A stretch of DNA of 33,764 nucleotides from an uncultured Pirellulales bacterium (GTDB taxonomy: Bacteria > Planctomycetota > Phycisphaerae > Sedimentisphaerales > Anaerobacaceae), in the NCBI GenBank assembly GCA_964537355.1, contig CAZIAN010000001.1, forward strand, positions 9,874-43,637, in the 5' to 3' direction. The notes beneath the pieces are model-generated. The model had not been told where the DNA came from. It did no database searches and was given only the letters and a program-made list of their open reading frames with translations. Positions 1 to 8,483 of the stretch are shown here, in pieces. Within the stretch, counting starts at the first letter, position 1. Each line of letters opens with the position of its first letter. The position numbers and the translations under genes are program-made.

Positions 1-45
1 AGCCCCGAATTGGTAAAGTCAAATTTTGTTTAAGCCGGGTTTAGG

Positions 46-3006
46 CTAAGGAGCAGAGCGGCCCACACCGATGTCGTCAAAGAATACTATACCTGAACCG
101 CCGGGCTGCAAATTATTCTTGTCGCCAAAGCCGATAGCGAGGCTGTCAACATTTGTCAGGTTTACGCCCTGATCTGCAAATTTCTGCAGTGGGATGACCC
201 AATGTGTCCAGGTGTCTGTCGTGGCCGCATCGGGATCATCGTGGTACACTACGGCAGGCGTGCCTGCGCTGTTAGCGGCAGCGACGTACATCGGCTCAGG
301 ATCGTTGCTCTCTATGCCTATGTCCTGGGATTCCCATTGCCCTGTTATAGAACCGGTTGTAATGACATCTGAGAACACGGCGGTACAAGTGTCCTCAGGA
401 TTATTGCTGGACAACGCCAATCCTATGAAAGCAACATTATTCATCTGCACGGCAGCGCTCGACCCAAGATTCTGGTCGTCAACAGGCACGAAATTGACTC
501 CGTCCACCGAATGAGAGGCTGTCAACAAGCCGGCAGCATCCCGCTCAATTTTCACCCAATGCGGGACCGCCAGGTTGTTATCAACAGAATTTACGCTCTC
601 TCCGGCTGTTTCGGGTCGACGGCGGAATCTGATGCCGCCATCAGGTCTGGAGAATACCATCGCGTATGCGGAATCCGGGCCAAGTGTCTCACGGATCATA
701 ACACCGGCCTTTGCGCTGGTTGATGTCTCAGTAACGCTTTCGACCTTCACTACAATTGAGCCGGAGCCGGTAAGCTGTTTGTAAACGTAATGGAAACTGT
801 CGGTCGGATCGGCGATGTTGTCGCTGCGAGCGGTCATCGTATATGTGCCGACAGGACCTTCGGTAAAGGTGCTCTGCGAGGCTGATAGACCTCTGAACCA
901 CAGCGACAATTCTTCAGCACCACTGACGGTCCAATCCCGCAGAGAATCCAGTGTCATGCTCGCCTCGGAGTATTTCATGTTGTTATCGTAGATATACGGC
1001 ATCGACTGAGAACCGCCATGGACTATAGTTTGCTCGGCAAAAGGAGGGTCAGTATGGCCAACGACAGAGCCATTTATTTCCGGATTGTCAAATCCGTCCA
1101 GCCAGGCGTTAAATATTCTGTTGCTCTCGGAGTCATCAGGATTAAGATCATTGTAAGACTCAAAGTCGTCCAGAACCAAATATTCCTGCGTCGTAAAGTT
1201 CCAAGTGTCACCCTGCCATGAGGAAGGAGTTTCGGTTTCGTTTACCTCGTCAATCCGCCAATAATAGGTCGTGCCCAAGTCGAGGGTCAAAGGACCATGG
1301 CTGGTCTGGGTTACTGCCGTGATAGGTGCAGTACCGTCTATTACGGCCTTCTCGTCGGAACTGAAGTACACATCATGCCTGGCTGCTTCTCTTCCCGGTT
1401 GCCAGCGAAGGGACAAATCCAAATTGACTTCGGCTGCTCCTGATGCAGGGCTGGGCATCCTGGCGCGGACGGGTATCTGGAAGAAACGAACCTCGCTGAG
1501 GCCAAATTGGTTGAAGATGCCTCCCCAGTTGCTGTTGGCTGTAAGCCTGACATGTTTTGCCGCCACACCACCAAAATCTATCATTATATCATGTGCATAG
1601 TCCGGCTTTCCTGGTGCCTTGGCGAATTCATGAGTAGTTCCCAGTGTCACAAAATCGGTACCATCGGCTGAGTATTCGATGATAACTTCCTTGAATCCTA
1701 AGCCGGCCAATGTTTCCAGACTGTCGTTGGAGTTCCATACCCACATCTCATGAAGCTTATAGGCTCTATCGAATTCATATTCTATCCAGGCAGGCTGAGT
1801 TCCATCTCCACTGCTTAGCCACATATTGCCCACACTATCGCTTCCGTGCAACAAGCCGCTGTCATCAAGTCCCGAACCGTTGATTGTGTTCTCAGGGCCT
1901 TTGCCCTCTTCGCTGCTGGATGCAGTGGCGATGATGTTTTCCACGGGATAAGCGAGTCGCTCAGCTTTGAAACTCCAGACATCACCTTTATTCACTGTAT
2001 TTGATGCGTTGACGGCATCGACTCGCCAGTAGTATGTCTGGTCAAATTCAAGACGCTCAGGGACAGTGTAGATATTAGTGTTTATGTTGCCCTTAAAGAC
2101 ACTACCCGGGTCAATGGTCGTAGTAGCCTGCTCCACATCGTCAAGAACAGTTCCAAAATATACATCGTGTGTGACAGCGCCGGTTCCGGGCTTCCATTTA
2201 AGAACAGCGTCCCGAGGGATATCTGTTTGTTCGTTGGCAGGGTCGGGTTCAGAAGCCGACGGGCCCCCTATGCCCACTACCATAGTGGTATTAGTTGCCC
2301 CGTCAAAGGTCACTGAGACAGTACCCTCTCCGCCATAGCCGATGATTATACCCTCGCTGATGAAAGCCTCGATGTCCGGCACCTGATTACCGGCCAGGGT
2401 CAGTGTACCCCCCGAAATGTCTATCAAAGCGGTGTCCGGAACGCCGTCGTTTCCATATACGACGATACCTGGATTGCCACCAAGGTCAATAGTCCCACCG
2501 CTCAGATAGACCGTGCCGGTACCATCGAATCTATAAGCCATCTGTAATACAGTATCACAATTCAGGTAACCACCGCTCATATTTATAGTGCCATAACCAT
2601 GTCGCCCAAGTTCTATTTGATCCGTTACATTAATTGTTGTCGTCTCGCCGCTGACATTAAGTATTCCTACTGCTTGTCCGCTGCCATCATTCGATTTACG
2701 CCCGATACGCAGCTCGCCGTTTACATTCAGCGTTGCACCGCCGGTTACCGTTACCTCGCCCTGGTAGTTTGCAGTGTAGCCAATCCTGAGCTGTCCGGTA
2801 TTGGCAGTTCCTCCATCAATGATCGGCCAGGTTAGTGGGGTAGAGGAATCTATAGAGGTGGTATCTCCGCTGGTGGGCACTGCGCCAGTCCAGTTGGCTG
2901 CATTGTACCAGTCGCTACTTACTGTGCCCGTCCATTGAGCCGACAAGCTGGTGGTCAGACCTACTACTAAAACAATAGAAACTAAAGATGTCCACTTTCT
3001 AAGCAT
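46..3006 (-). CDS. Secreted multidomain carbohydrate-binding / adhesin-like protein (beta-helix-like N-terminus, F5/8 type C discoidin-like domain, two ~95-aa DVYF...YYWR[VI]D modules, concanavalin/LamG-like C-terminal region)
   Basis: Long ORF 46..3102. The internal ATG at 3006 is preferred because it follows GGAAGGAG and gives a classic signal peptide MLRKWTSLVSIVLVVGLTTSLSAQ. G/T/N-rich repeats (GGTLTLAGN) are typical of beta-helical surface proteins. WIEYEFD...VRLTANSNWGG...FGLSEVRFF matches discoidin/CBM32-type domains. Two internal modules contain HDVYFG/HDVYFS and TYYWRVD/TYYWRID. Confidence 0.75.
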   Translation of the reverse strand: MLRKWTSLVSIVLVVGLTTSLSAQWTGTVSSDWYNAANWTGAVPTSGDTTSIDSSTPLTWPIIDGGTANTGQLRIGYTANYQGEVTVTGGATLNVNGELRIGRKSNDGSGQAVGILNVSGETTTINVTDQIELGRHGYGTINMSGGYLNCDTVLQMAYRFDGTGTVYLSGGTIDLGGNPGIVVYGNDGVPDTALIDISGGTLTLAGNQVPDIEAFISEGIIIGYGGEGTVSVTFDGATNTTMVVGIGGPSASEPDPANEQTDIPRDAVLKWKPGTGAVTHDVYFGTVLDDVEQATTTIDPGSVFKGNINTNIYTVPERLEFDQTYYWRVDAVNASNTVNKGDVWSFKAERLAYPVENIIATASSSEEGKGPENTINGSGLDDSGLLHGSDSVGNMWLSSGDGTQPAWIEYEFDRAYKLHEMWVWNSNDSLETLAGLGFKEVIIEYSADGTDFVTLGTTHEFAKAPGKPDYAHDIMIDFGGVAAKHVRLTANSNWGGIFNQFGLSEVRFFQIPVRARMPSPASGAAEVNLDLSLRWQPGREAARHDVYFSSDEKAVIDGTAPITAVTQTSHGPLTLDLGTTYYWRIDEVNETETPSSWQGDTWNFTTQEYLVLDDFESYNDLNPDDSESNRIFNAWLDGFDNPEINGSVVGHTDPPFAEQTIVHGGSQSMPYIYDNNMKYSEASMTLDSLRDWTVSGAEELSLWFRGLSASQSTFTEGPVGTYTMTARSDNIADPTDSFHYVYKQLTGSGSIVVKVESVTETSTSAKAGVMIRETLGPDSAYAMVFSRPDGGIRFRRRPETAGESVNSVDNNLAVPHWVKIERDAAGLLTASHSVDGVNFVPVDDQNLGSSAAVQMNNVAFIGLALSSNNPEDTCTAVFSDVITTGSITGQWESQDIGIESNDPEPMYVAAANSAGTPAVVYHDDPDAATTDTWTHWVIPLQKFADQGVNLTNVDSLAIGFGDKNNLQPGGSGIVFFDDIGVGRSAP

Positions 3007-3134
3007 GGCACACTCCTTCCTTATCACTTGTTTTGTCTGCCCTGCCCGCCGGTATGAGGAGGAGATATGATCTGGTTCGGCAAAACAGATCCCACTGGTC
3101 AATATTAAACTATCAGAATTTGTTATTCCTGCTT

Positions 3135-3199
3135 CTTATAAGACTCTACCAAATTTGCCCCCTGGTGTCAAGACCAGATGGCCAAGGCTACCGGTCAGA
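3135..3199 (-). promoter_or_regulatory. Copy A of a ~65-bp repeat. On the minus strand it reads TTGACA-17 nt-TAGAGT, preceded by a conserved upstream block. Likely promoter of the 46..3006 gene.
   Basis: Minus-strand -35 TTGACA = plus 3166..3171. -10 TAGAGT = plus 3143..3148. The spacer is exactly 17 nt. It lies ~130 nt upstream of the ATG at 3006. About 82% identical (1 indel) to 5064..5129, with the hexamers and the block TCTGACCGGTAGCCTTGGCCA conserved. Confidence 0.5.
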
Positions 3200-3645
3200 T
3201 TTATTATTGGAGAGGAAAATTATAGTTGACGCTGGACAAGAATCAGATTAACTTTGTTTTAAAGCGTTTTTTTGCGAGACACTGGGGCAACTATAGATTT
3301 GCTGCAATCCCGATGAGATATTGACATTATGGCGCTTAAAGCGTGTATGAGTGTTTTAGGGAAGTATATATGGCAGATTCCAGTTGTTATAAAGAAGTGG
3401 GATCACGTTTTACAGCAATGCATGCTTCTCCGCTTGTGATTCGGATTTACCGTTCGTGCTTAACCTCACCAATTCGATTGAATCGCAAGTATCGACGATT
3501 CATGGGGGCTGGAGGAAGGTGGGCCGTGCCATGATATAGCAGACGCCTTTCGTGCCAAAGAACTGGATGATGTATACAGGACAAGGCTGACGTGGATACT
3601 TCGCTGGATGCACAACCTGTTACTGAAAAAAAGGAGATTTGACGA

Positions 3646-4269
3646 TTGTTTGATTTTCGAAAGGGGTTTAATATGATTAAGATACGTAATATGGCAAGGA
3701 CTTGGATAGTTGCATTCTTGTTCGCGGGTATGTTGTGCATTATTGGTTGCTGTCCCCCATATTGTGAAGGTACGCCTCCTTGTGAGGGACCACCGACATA
3801 TAATCCTGCCCCGTGGAATGTACCTGGTGTAGTCACATCCAACAACTGCTACAACTACGGGACCAACATTCAAACCAATACTTTTGCCCAACCGGGGCGA
3901 GCCAGTGGTGCTTCACATTCGCTCACCTGTCCGACTGTGGACAGTGCCGCAAAGTCGGACGGCCTGACACAAGGATCATCCATCTATTGCCACAAGTGCG
4001 GTCATAAGGTGGCACTTGTCATTGCACCGGGACCGGGCGGCAGCTCCCCATACAAGAAGGACTACCACTGGTATCGGCAGGACGACAACGGTAAGTGGAC
4101 GCACAAACCCGGGGGTAACCCAGCGACAAACCTGGATGCCTCTGGCAACGTCATTACTAATCCTGAGACGGCGGATCGAAAGTATGTTTACGGTCCTGAC
4201 TACATTCTGGATTACAGCGAATTCTGCGGCTACCTGTGCGTTGACAGGCAAGATGTTAATATTAACTAA
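3646..4269 (+). CDS. Cys/Pro-rich lipoprotein with a putative papain/transglutaminase-like Cys-His-Asp hydrolase core (function unproven)
   Basis: AAGGAG at 3631..3636, 9 nt before a TTG start; an alternative ATG lies at 3673. Lipobox LCIIG|C. Candidate triad: Cys68 in NNCYNYGTN (3847..3849), His141 in DYHWYRQDDNGKWTHKPG (4066..4068), and Asp in TNLDASG. The spacing resembles C...HxW...GxW...D of transglutaminase/papain-like folds. Confidence 0.7.
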   Translation: MFDFRKGFNMIKIRNMARTWIVAFLFAGMLCIIGCCPPYCEGTPPCEGPPTYNPAPWNVPGVVTSNNCYNYGTNIQTNTFAQPGRASGASHSLTCPTVDSAAKSDGLTQGSSIYCHKCGHKVALVIAPGPGGSSPYKKDYHWYRQDDNGKWTHKPGGNPATNLDASGNVITNPETADRKYVYGPDYILDYSEFCGYLCVDRQDVNIN

Positions 4270-4315
4270 TCTGGGCCGTACGTACAGTAGGCCTATGCAG
4301 TGAAAGGAGACGAAG

Positions 4316-4843
4316 ATGAGCCAATCATTGTGTTCGAAAAAGGTATTTACCATTTTATTTGCGTGTGCTGTGACAGTGCTTTTTTATGGTTGTCAAGAAG
4401 CCAGAACCACCGCCGGTACAGGTGCCAAAGATATCAAGGTGGATATAAAGCCCAGGGAGGAGCCAAAGCAGGGAATTCTTATCACACTGTCTGTATATTC
4501 GGGGCGCCCTAATCCCCAGTGGTGGGTAACGCAGGGGCCGGTCTACGAGAAACTCGTGAACATGTCCAAAGGGCTCAAGACCAGTTCCACAGCCAAAGCA
4601 TCCTCTGAATATGACCGATGGAATCGCCTTGGATACGCAAGTTTCTGGATAACTCCCAGGAATGTAAAAGGAATGCCCTTCATGATTCACATTTGGCGAA
4701 ACATGGCCCGTGTCGTTCAAGACCAAAAGGGGACCAGTCTTTACTCAGACCAGGCCGATGAACTCTATGATCTATTGGTGGACCTTGCCGAACAAAAAGA
4801 TCAGAAGGCTTTTTTCGAGAATTACCGTAAGTCGAAGCAATAG
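4316..4843 (+). CDS. Lipoprotein of unknown function, co-transcribed partner of the 3646..4269 gene
   Basis: AAAGGAG at 4303..4309, 6 nt before the ATG. Signal peptide ending LFYG|C. Only a 46-nt gap to the upstream gene. No recognisable catalytic motifs. Confidence 0.7.
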   Translation: MSQSLCSKKVFTILFACAVTVLFYGCQEARTTAGTGAKDIKVDIKPREEPKQGILITLSVYSGRPNPQWWVTQGPVYEKLVNMSKGLKTSSTAKASSEYDRWNRLGYASFWITPRNVKGMPFMIHIWRNMARVVQDQKGTSLYSDQADELYDLLVDLAEQKDQKAFFENYRKSKQ

Positions 4844-5063
4844 CCGTTCTCGGTTTGTCAAACTAAGGTATTTGCCTCCAGCGTTCATGAATGCTGGGTG
4901 CCAGCTAGGCAAAATTTAGGGATCAAGAGCCTTTTTTCACCTGGCCGCGAATCCAGTTTTTCAGCGACAGTTTTTTTATGCGCTTAAATTCTCTGGGATA
5001 ATTAAAGCTTCCCCCTTTATTGACAGTCAAATAGGTGCTCAAGCGAGATATGAAAGATGAGAG

Positions 5064-5129
5064 CTTATAAGACTTTACCATTCTTGTCCCTTGATGTCAA
5101 GTCCAAGTGGCCCAAGGCTACTGGTCAGA
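5064..5129 (-). repeat. Copy B of the ~65-bp repeat. On the minus strand it reads TTGACA-17 nt-TAAAGT, but there is no obvious downstream minus-strand gene.
   Basis: -35 = plus 5095..5100. -10 = plus 5072..5077. 17-nt spacer. Same orientation as copy A. It sits immediately 3' of the BNR gene stop (5156) and points into the 3' end of the plus-strand cassette. Confidence 0.45.
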
Positions 5130-5155
5130 AGAATGAATTGGGAACCAGCTTCCCA

Positions 5156-6643
5156 CTATTCATCCAGAGAAATAGTGTCAGTAGAATTGTGTATAGTTTC
5201 CTCATGCAGCAGGAAAGCTTTGGCTTCTGGAGATTCCTTGTCCTTCCAGCCGTAAAAGAGGAGCATTCCATCGACAAAGCTTCCGTCTGGTCTAGTTACC
5301 GGCTGAATGTTATTGTATTTCCAGCCCGGATATCTGGTTTTATCTGGCGTCAGGTCTCGCTGTTTTTTCCACGTGTTTCCCTTGTCGGAAGAGACCCATT
5401 CTTCAATAGAACCCCCTCCATATCCACCCATATAGCCGCCTGTATCGAGGTATCCATCGCCGACGATCAGGTAGGCGTGTAATGTGTCGTCATCATCCTG
5501 TGCTAAATGGCAACTATTCCATTGATGGTTGGAGTGGGTAATCGGCGTTTTCTTCCATCTTCCTTCCGCCCGCCTAACGTAATAGTATTGATGGTCCTTG
5601 AGAGTATCTTCTGAAAGCACATGGAGAAAAGCAGGGTCTCCGTTTTCATCAAGAATTATGGTGGGCGGTACGCCGGCCCCTCGCCATTTCGTATCCCAAA
5701 TTCTGCATTTTGCATCGGCCTGGTCGATGTCGATGGGAGTGTTCATACTCTCACCATCGAAGTTGGTTACATCGTGCGTTTGCAGATTGATCTTGACGTA
5801 ATAAAGGTTATACTTCCACTCATTACTGACTTGGTGTTTGTATCGCGGATTGTAATACCTTTCCGGGTCGTCTGACTTGTTGTCGTCGTAGGCGATAAAA
5901 ACAACGTGGAGAAACCGACCGTCCTGGCTTGGCAATTTGCACTGGTATGATGACCATTCAAACCTGCCCTTTATATCCATGTCAGTTACATCTTTTGCGG
6001 GTCCGATCCATGTTTTTCCTTTGTCATCTGTAATACGGTATGTCCAGGAGCTTGTGTGCCCGGCTGTACGGTAATAAATCAATTCTTTTGTATCGTATAT
6101 ACGGTACATAGTAGGGTAAGAGATTTTAGGAGCGATTTGGGGTCCCAGAGCCCAATCGTCCAGGCTGCTTCCAATTTCTCCGGGTTGCCTGGAAATCAGG
6201 TGTGTACCTGGTGTGCTGTGGCAACCGTAGAGGATGTGTAAATAGTTATCTTCATCGGCCCAAATGACGGGGCCGTAGTGATGGTCTTTTTTCCCGGGAC
6301 CGAGTGTCACTACTTCGGAGAATTTACGAGTTACAGGATCATAAGTGATGGCCATAGGTTTGGTGGGGGCTTTCGGCGATGCCCCGATTTGTCCTCCGGC
6401 GTTAAAAACAATATGGACTTTGTTGTTGAGATAGATTGACTGGGGCCTCTGCCTGCGGTCGTAGAGCATTTTAATCTGCCCACCTTCACCAAAAGTCATG
6501 GTGACATGGTTGGCTTTTTTTTGTTCCTGCGTTGGGGACATTTTGGCGGGAGCGGTTTGTGTTGGTTTTTCAGGTTTTTCGCCACATCCAACGATGATTA
6601 ATAAAACCAAACAAACTGAAAATAATAAAACTTTTGTCTTCAT
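5156..6643 (-). CDS. BNR/Asp-box repeat lipoprotein (sialidase-like beta-propeller family, BNR_4-like; putative glycan-active enzyme)
   Basis: GGAG 8 nt upstream of the ATG at 6643. Lipobox LLIIVG|C. Two Asp-box motifs (SxDxGxTW type): TDDKGKTW and SSDKGNTW. Confidence 0.75.
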   Translation of the reverse strand: MKTKVLLFSVCLVLLIIVGCGEKPEKPTQTAPAKMSPTQEQKKANHVTMTFGEGGQIKMLYDRRQRPQSIYLNNKVHIVFNAGGQIGASPKAPTKPMAITYDPVTRKFSEVVTLGPGKKDHHYGPVIWADEDNYLHILYGCHSTPGTHLISRQPGEIGSSLDDWALGPQIAPKISYPTMYRIYDTKELIYYRTAGHTSSWTYRITDDKGKTWIGPAKDVTDMDIKGRFEWSSYQCKLPSQDGRFLHVVFIAYDDNKSDDPERYYNPRYKHQVSNEWKYNLYYVKINLQTHDVTNFDGESMNTPIDIDQADAKCRIWDTKWRGAGVPPTIILDENGDPAFLHVLSEDTLKDHQYYYVRRAEGRWKKTPITHSNHQWNSCHLAQDDDDTLHAYLIVGDGYLDTGGYMGGYGGGSIEEWVSSDKGNTWKKQRDLTPDKTRYPGWKYNNIQPVTRPDGSFVDGMLLFYGWKDKESPEAKAFLLHEETIHNSTDTISLDE

Positions 6644-6927
6644 TACTTTTTCTCCACAGGAATCATCAATGAAATAAACTATTCAAGTAAAATTATAAAC
6701 TCACGAAGTCAAATCGAGAAGAAAAAAAGCAGTGCGGAACTTGTGAGGAAGAGAAGTCTTTATTTATAAAATTTTCCGAAATCACTTTATGTCATTTGCA
6801 GGCAGCAGATAGTATAATTTCATTTTCTGTCCCGAATGTTCATTCTCCCTGTTCGTTTGACACATCGGATTGCCTCGATTGGTGGAGTATTTGGCAATGG
6901 CCATGGAAATAATTTATGTTTTTACCC

Positions 6928-6957
6928 TTGACTTTGTTTCTCGCTTTGCATTACAAT
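6928..6957 (+). promoter_or_regulatory. Candidate sigma70-type promoter for the oxidoreductase operon
   Basis: TTGACT (6928..6933), 18-nt spacer, TACAAT (6952..6957). About 155 nt upstream of the ATG at 7112, in a 468-bp divergent intergenic region. Confidence 0.35.
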
Positions 6958-7111
6958 ATTTGAACTTTTGGTTCAGGAGCATATCTCAAAAGGCTAAAAT
7001 AGTGTTTTCTGCTGCTTAGTAGGCATCGGGAAGAGGTAATCATTTAAGGAGCTTTTGTTAGCACTAACAAGAACGCGAAGATTTCTACAAAATAAAGTTA
7101 GAGAGGCGAAT

Positions 7112-8401
7112 ATGGTGCAAAAACAGAAAATTACACGACGTGAACTCTTGAAGAGTTCGGCAGTATCTGCCGGAGCGCTGGTATTAGGCAGTGCGGCAGT
7201 ACCTTTGGCGGAAGCGAGGGGCAGCGACATGATACGTGTCGGAGTAGTAGGCTGTGGCGGTCGAGGCTCCGGGGCAGCGAATAATTGTTTTGAGTCCTCG
7301 CCCGGTGTGAAAATCGTCGCATTAGCCGACACATTTGAAGACCGCCTTAACGGTTTGAAGAAGCAATTCGAGGTCCCTGACGGACGCTGCTTTATCGGGA
7401 TCGATGCCTACAAGAAGCTAATGGCTCTGGATGACATTAACCTGGTAATTCTGGCGACGCCTCCGGGCTTTAGGCCGATACATCTGACCGAGGCAATCAG
7501 GCAGGGCAAGAACGTTTTTATGGAAAAACCTGTTGCTGTCTGTCCGGCCGGCATCAAAATGGTCATCGAGGCATCTGCTAAGGCTAAGGAAAAAGGTCTT
7601 GCCATTGTTGCCGGCACACAGCGCCGCCACCAGGCGAAGTATGTCGAGACAATGAAGCGTATCCACGACGGTGCGATAGGCGATATTGTGTCGGCCCAAT
7701 GCTACTGGAACATGGGCGAACTCTGGGTCAGCCAGCGCCAACCCAATCAGGGCGATGTCGAGTGGCAAATACGCAACTGGCTGTACTTCACGTGGCTTTC
7801 GGGCGACCACATATGCGAACAGCACGTGCATAATATCGATGTAATTAACTGGGCCTTCGATGCGATTCCAGAACAAGTTCATGGTCTGGGGGGCCGGCAG
7901 TACCGCACAGGCCCGGAGCATGGTAATATCTTCGACCATTTCGGTATTGAATTTTTCTATCCCGGCGACGTGCGGACTATAAGTACCTGCCGTCAGATTA
8001 AAGGGACGGCCAACAGGGTCAGTGAACGTGTGGTAGGCACGAAAGGTGTCTGTGATTGTGATAAAGGGACCATCCGGGGTGAGAACTCATGGCGTTATAG
8101 AGGCCCCACTCCCAATCCATACGTGGTGGAGCATACTGATTTGATTAAAAGCATTCGCGATGGTAATCCACTCAACGAGGGCAAGCGCATTGCTGAAAGC
8201 ACGCTTTGTGCAATAATGGGCAGAGAATCCGCCTATTCGCGTCAGCAGTTTAACACGTCCTGGTTTATGAGCAGGTGTACTCTTGATTTATTACCGCCCG
8301 ATGACATTAAACTAAGCGATTCCAAGCCTGTGCCTCCGTTTGCGGTTCCCGGCAAGTATCAGTTGCCGGGTTTCGTGCCAAGAAGGAGGAGACGCGGGTG
8401 A
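7112..8401 (+). CDS. Tat-exported Gfo/Idh/MocA-family NAD(P)-dependent oxidoreductase (GH109-like / glycoside dehydrogenase-like)
   Basis: The ATG at 7112 follows GAGAGG. Twin-arginine signal MVQKQKITRRELLKSSAVSAGALVLGSAAVPLAEA. Rossmann motif VGVVGCGGRG. Family motifs EKPVA and GTQRRH, plus WLSGDHICEQHVHNIDVINW. Confidence 0.85.
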   Translation: MVQKQKITRRELLKSSAVSAGALVLGSAAVPLAEARGSDMIRVGVVGCGGRGSGAANNCFESSPGVKIVALADTFEDRLNGLKKQFEVPDGRCFIGIDAYKKLMALDDINLVILATPPGFRPIHLTEAIRQGKNVFMEKPVAVCPAGIKMVIEASAKAKEKGLAIVAGTQRRHQAKYVETMKRIHDGAIGDIVSAQCYWNMGELWVSQRQPNQGDVEWQIRNWLYFTWLSGDHICEQHVHNIDVINWAFDAIPEQVHGLGGRQYRTGPEHGNIFDHFGIEFFYPGDVRTISTCRQIKGTANRVSERVVGTKGVCDCDKGTIRGENSWRYRGPTPNPYVVEHTDLIKSIRDGNPLNEGKRIAESTLCAIMGRESAYSRQQFNTSWFMSRCTLDLLPPDDIKLSDSKPVPPFAVPGKYQLPGFVPRRRRRG

Positions 8402-8483
8402 TCGGCGAACAAGAAGGTTGATGAGATTCTTATGTTTAATCGGCCAAACGGCTAAAAGATAAAGAACAAAGGAGATTTTCAAT

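Noticed and set aside
194-2835. Several plus-strand ORFs (60-110 aa) inside the 46..3006 gene.
   Set aside because: They are shadow ORFs antisense to a long, motif-rich CDS. They have no RBS and low-complexity, odd composition.
3007-3102. N-terminal extensions of maximal ORFs, here and at 7055..7111, 9931..10017, 14733..14765, 15441..15461, 29057..29071 and 33206..33253.
   Set aside because: In each case an internal ATG is preceded by a good Shine-Dalgarno sequence and yields a proper signal peptide, Tat motif, lipobox or domain start. The extensions lack these features.
3343-3891. ORFs 3343..3534 (+), 3447..3845 (-) and 3466..3891 (-) in or overlapping the 3.1-3.6 kb intergenic region.
   Set aside because: No RBS and no recognisable motifs. 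The minus-strand ones overlap the well-supported lipoprotein gene start, which has AAGGAG plus a lipobox. They are most likely non-coding.
4941-4961. Possible intrinsic terminator after the lipoprotein cassette (CTGG-N8-CCAG-TTTTT).
   Set aside because: The stem is only 4 bp, too weak to call. I found no convincing GC-rich hairpin with a U-tract anywhere in the window.
4923-5081. 52-aa minus-strand ORF (MVKSYKLSSF...KNWIRGQVKKGS) starting inside repeat copy B.
   Set aside because: No RBS. Its ATG overlaps the putative -10/-35 spacer. The equivalent frame in copy A is closed after 9 codons. The product is basic and low-complexity. It cannot be excluded, but it is unsupported.
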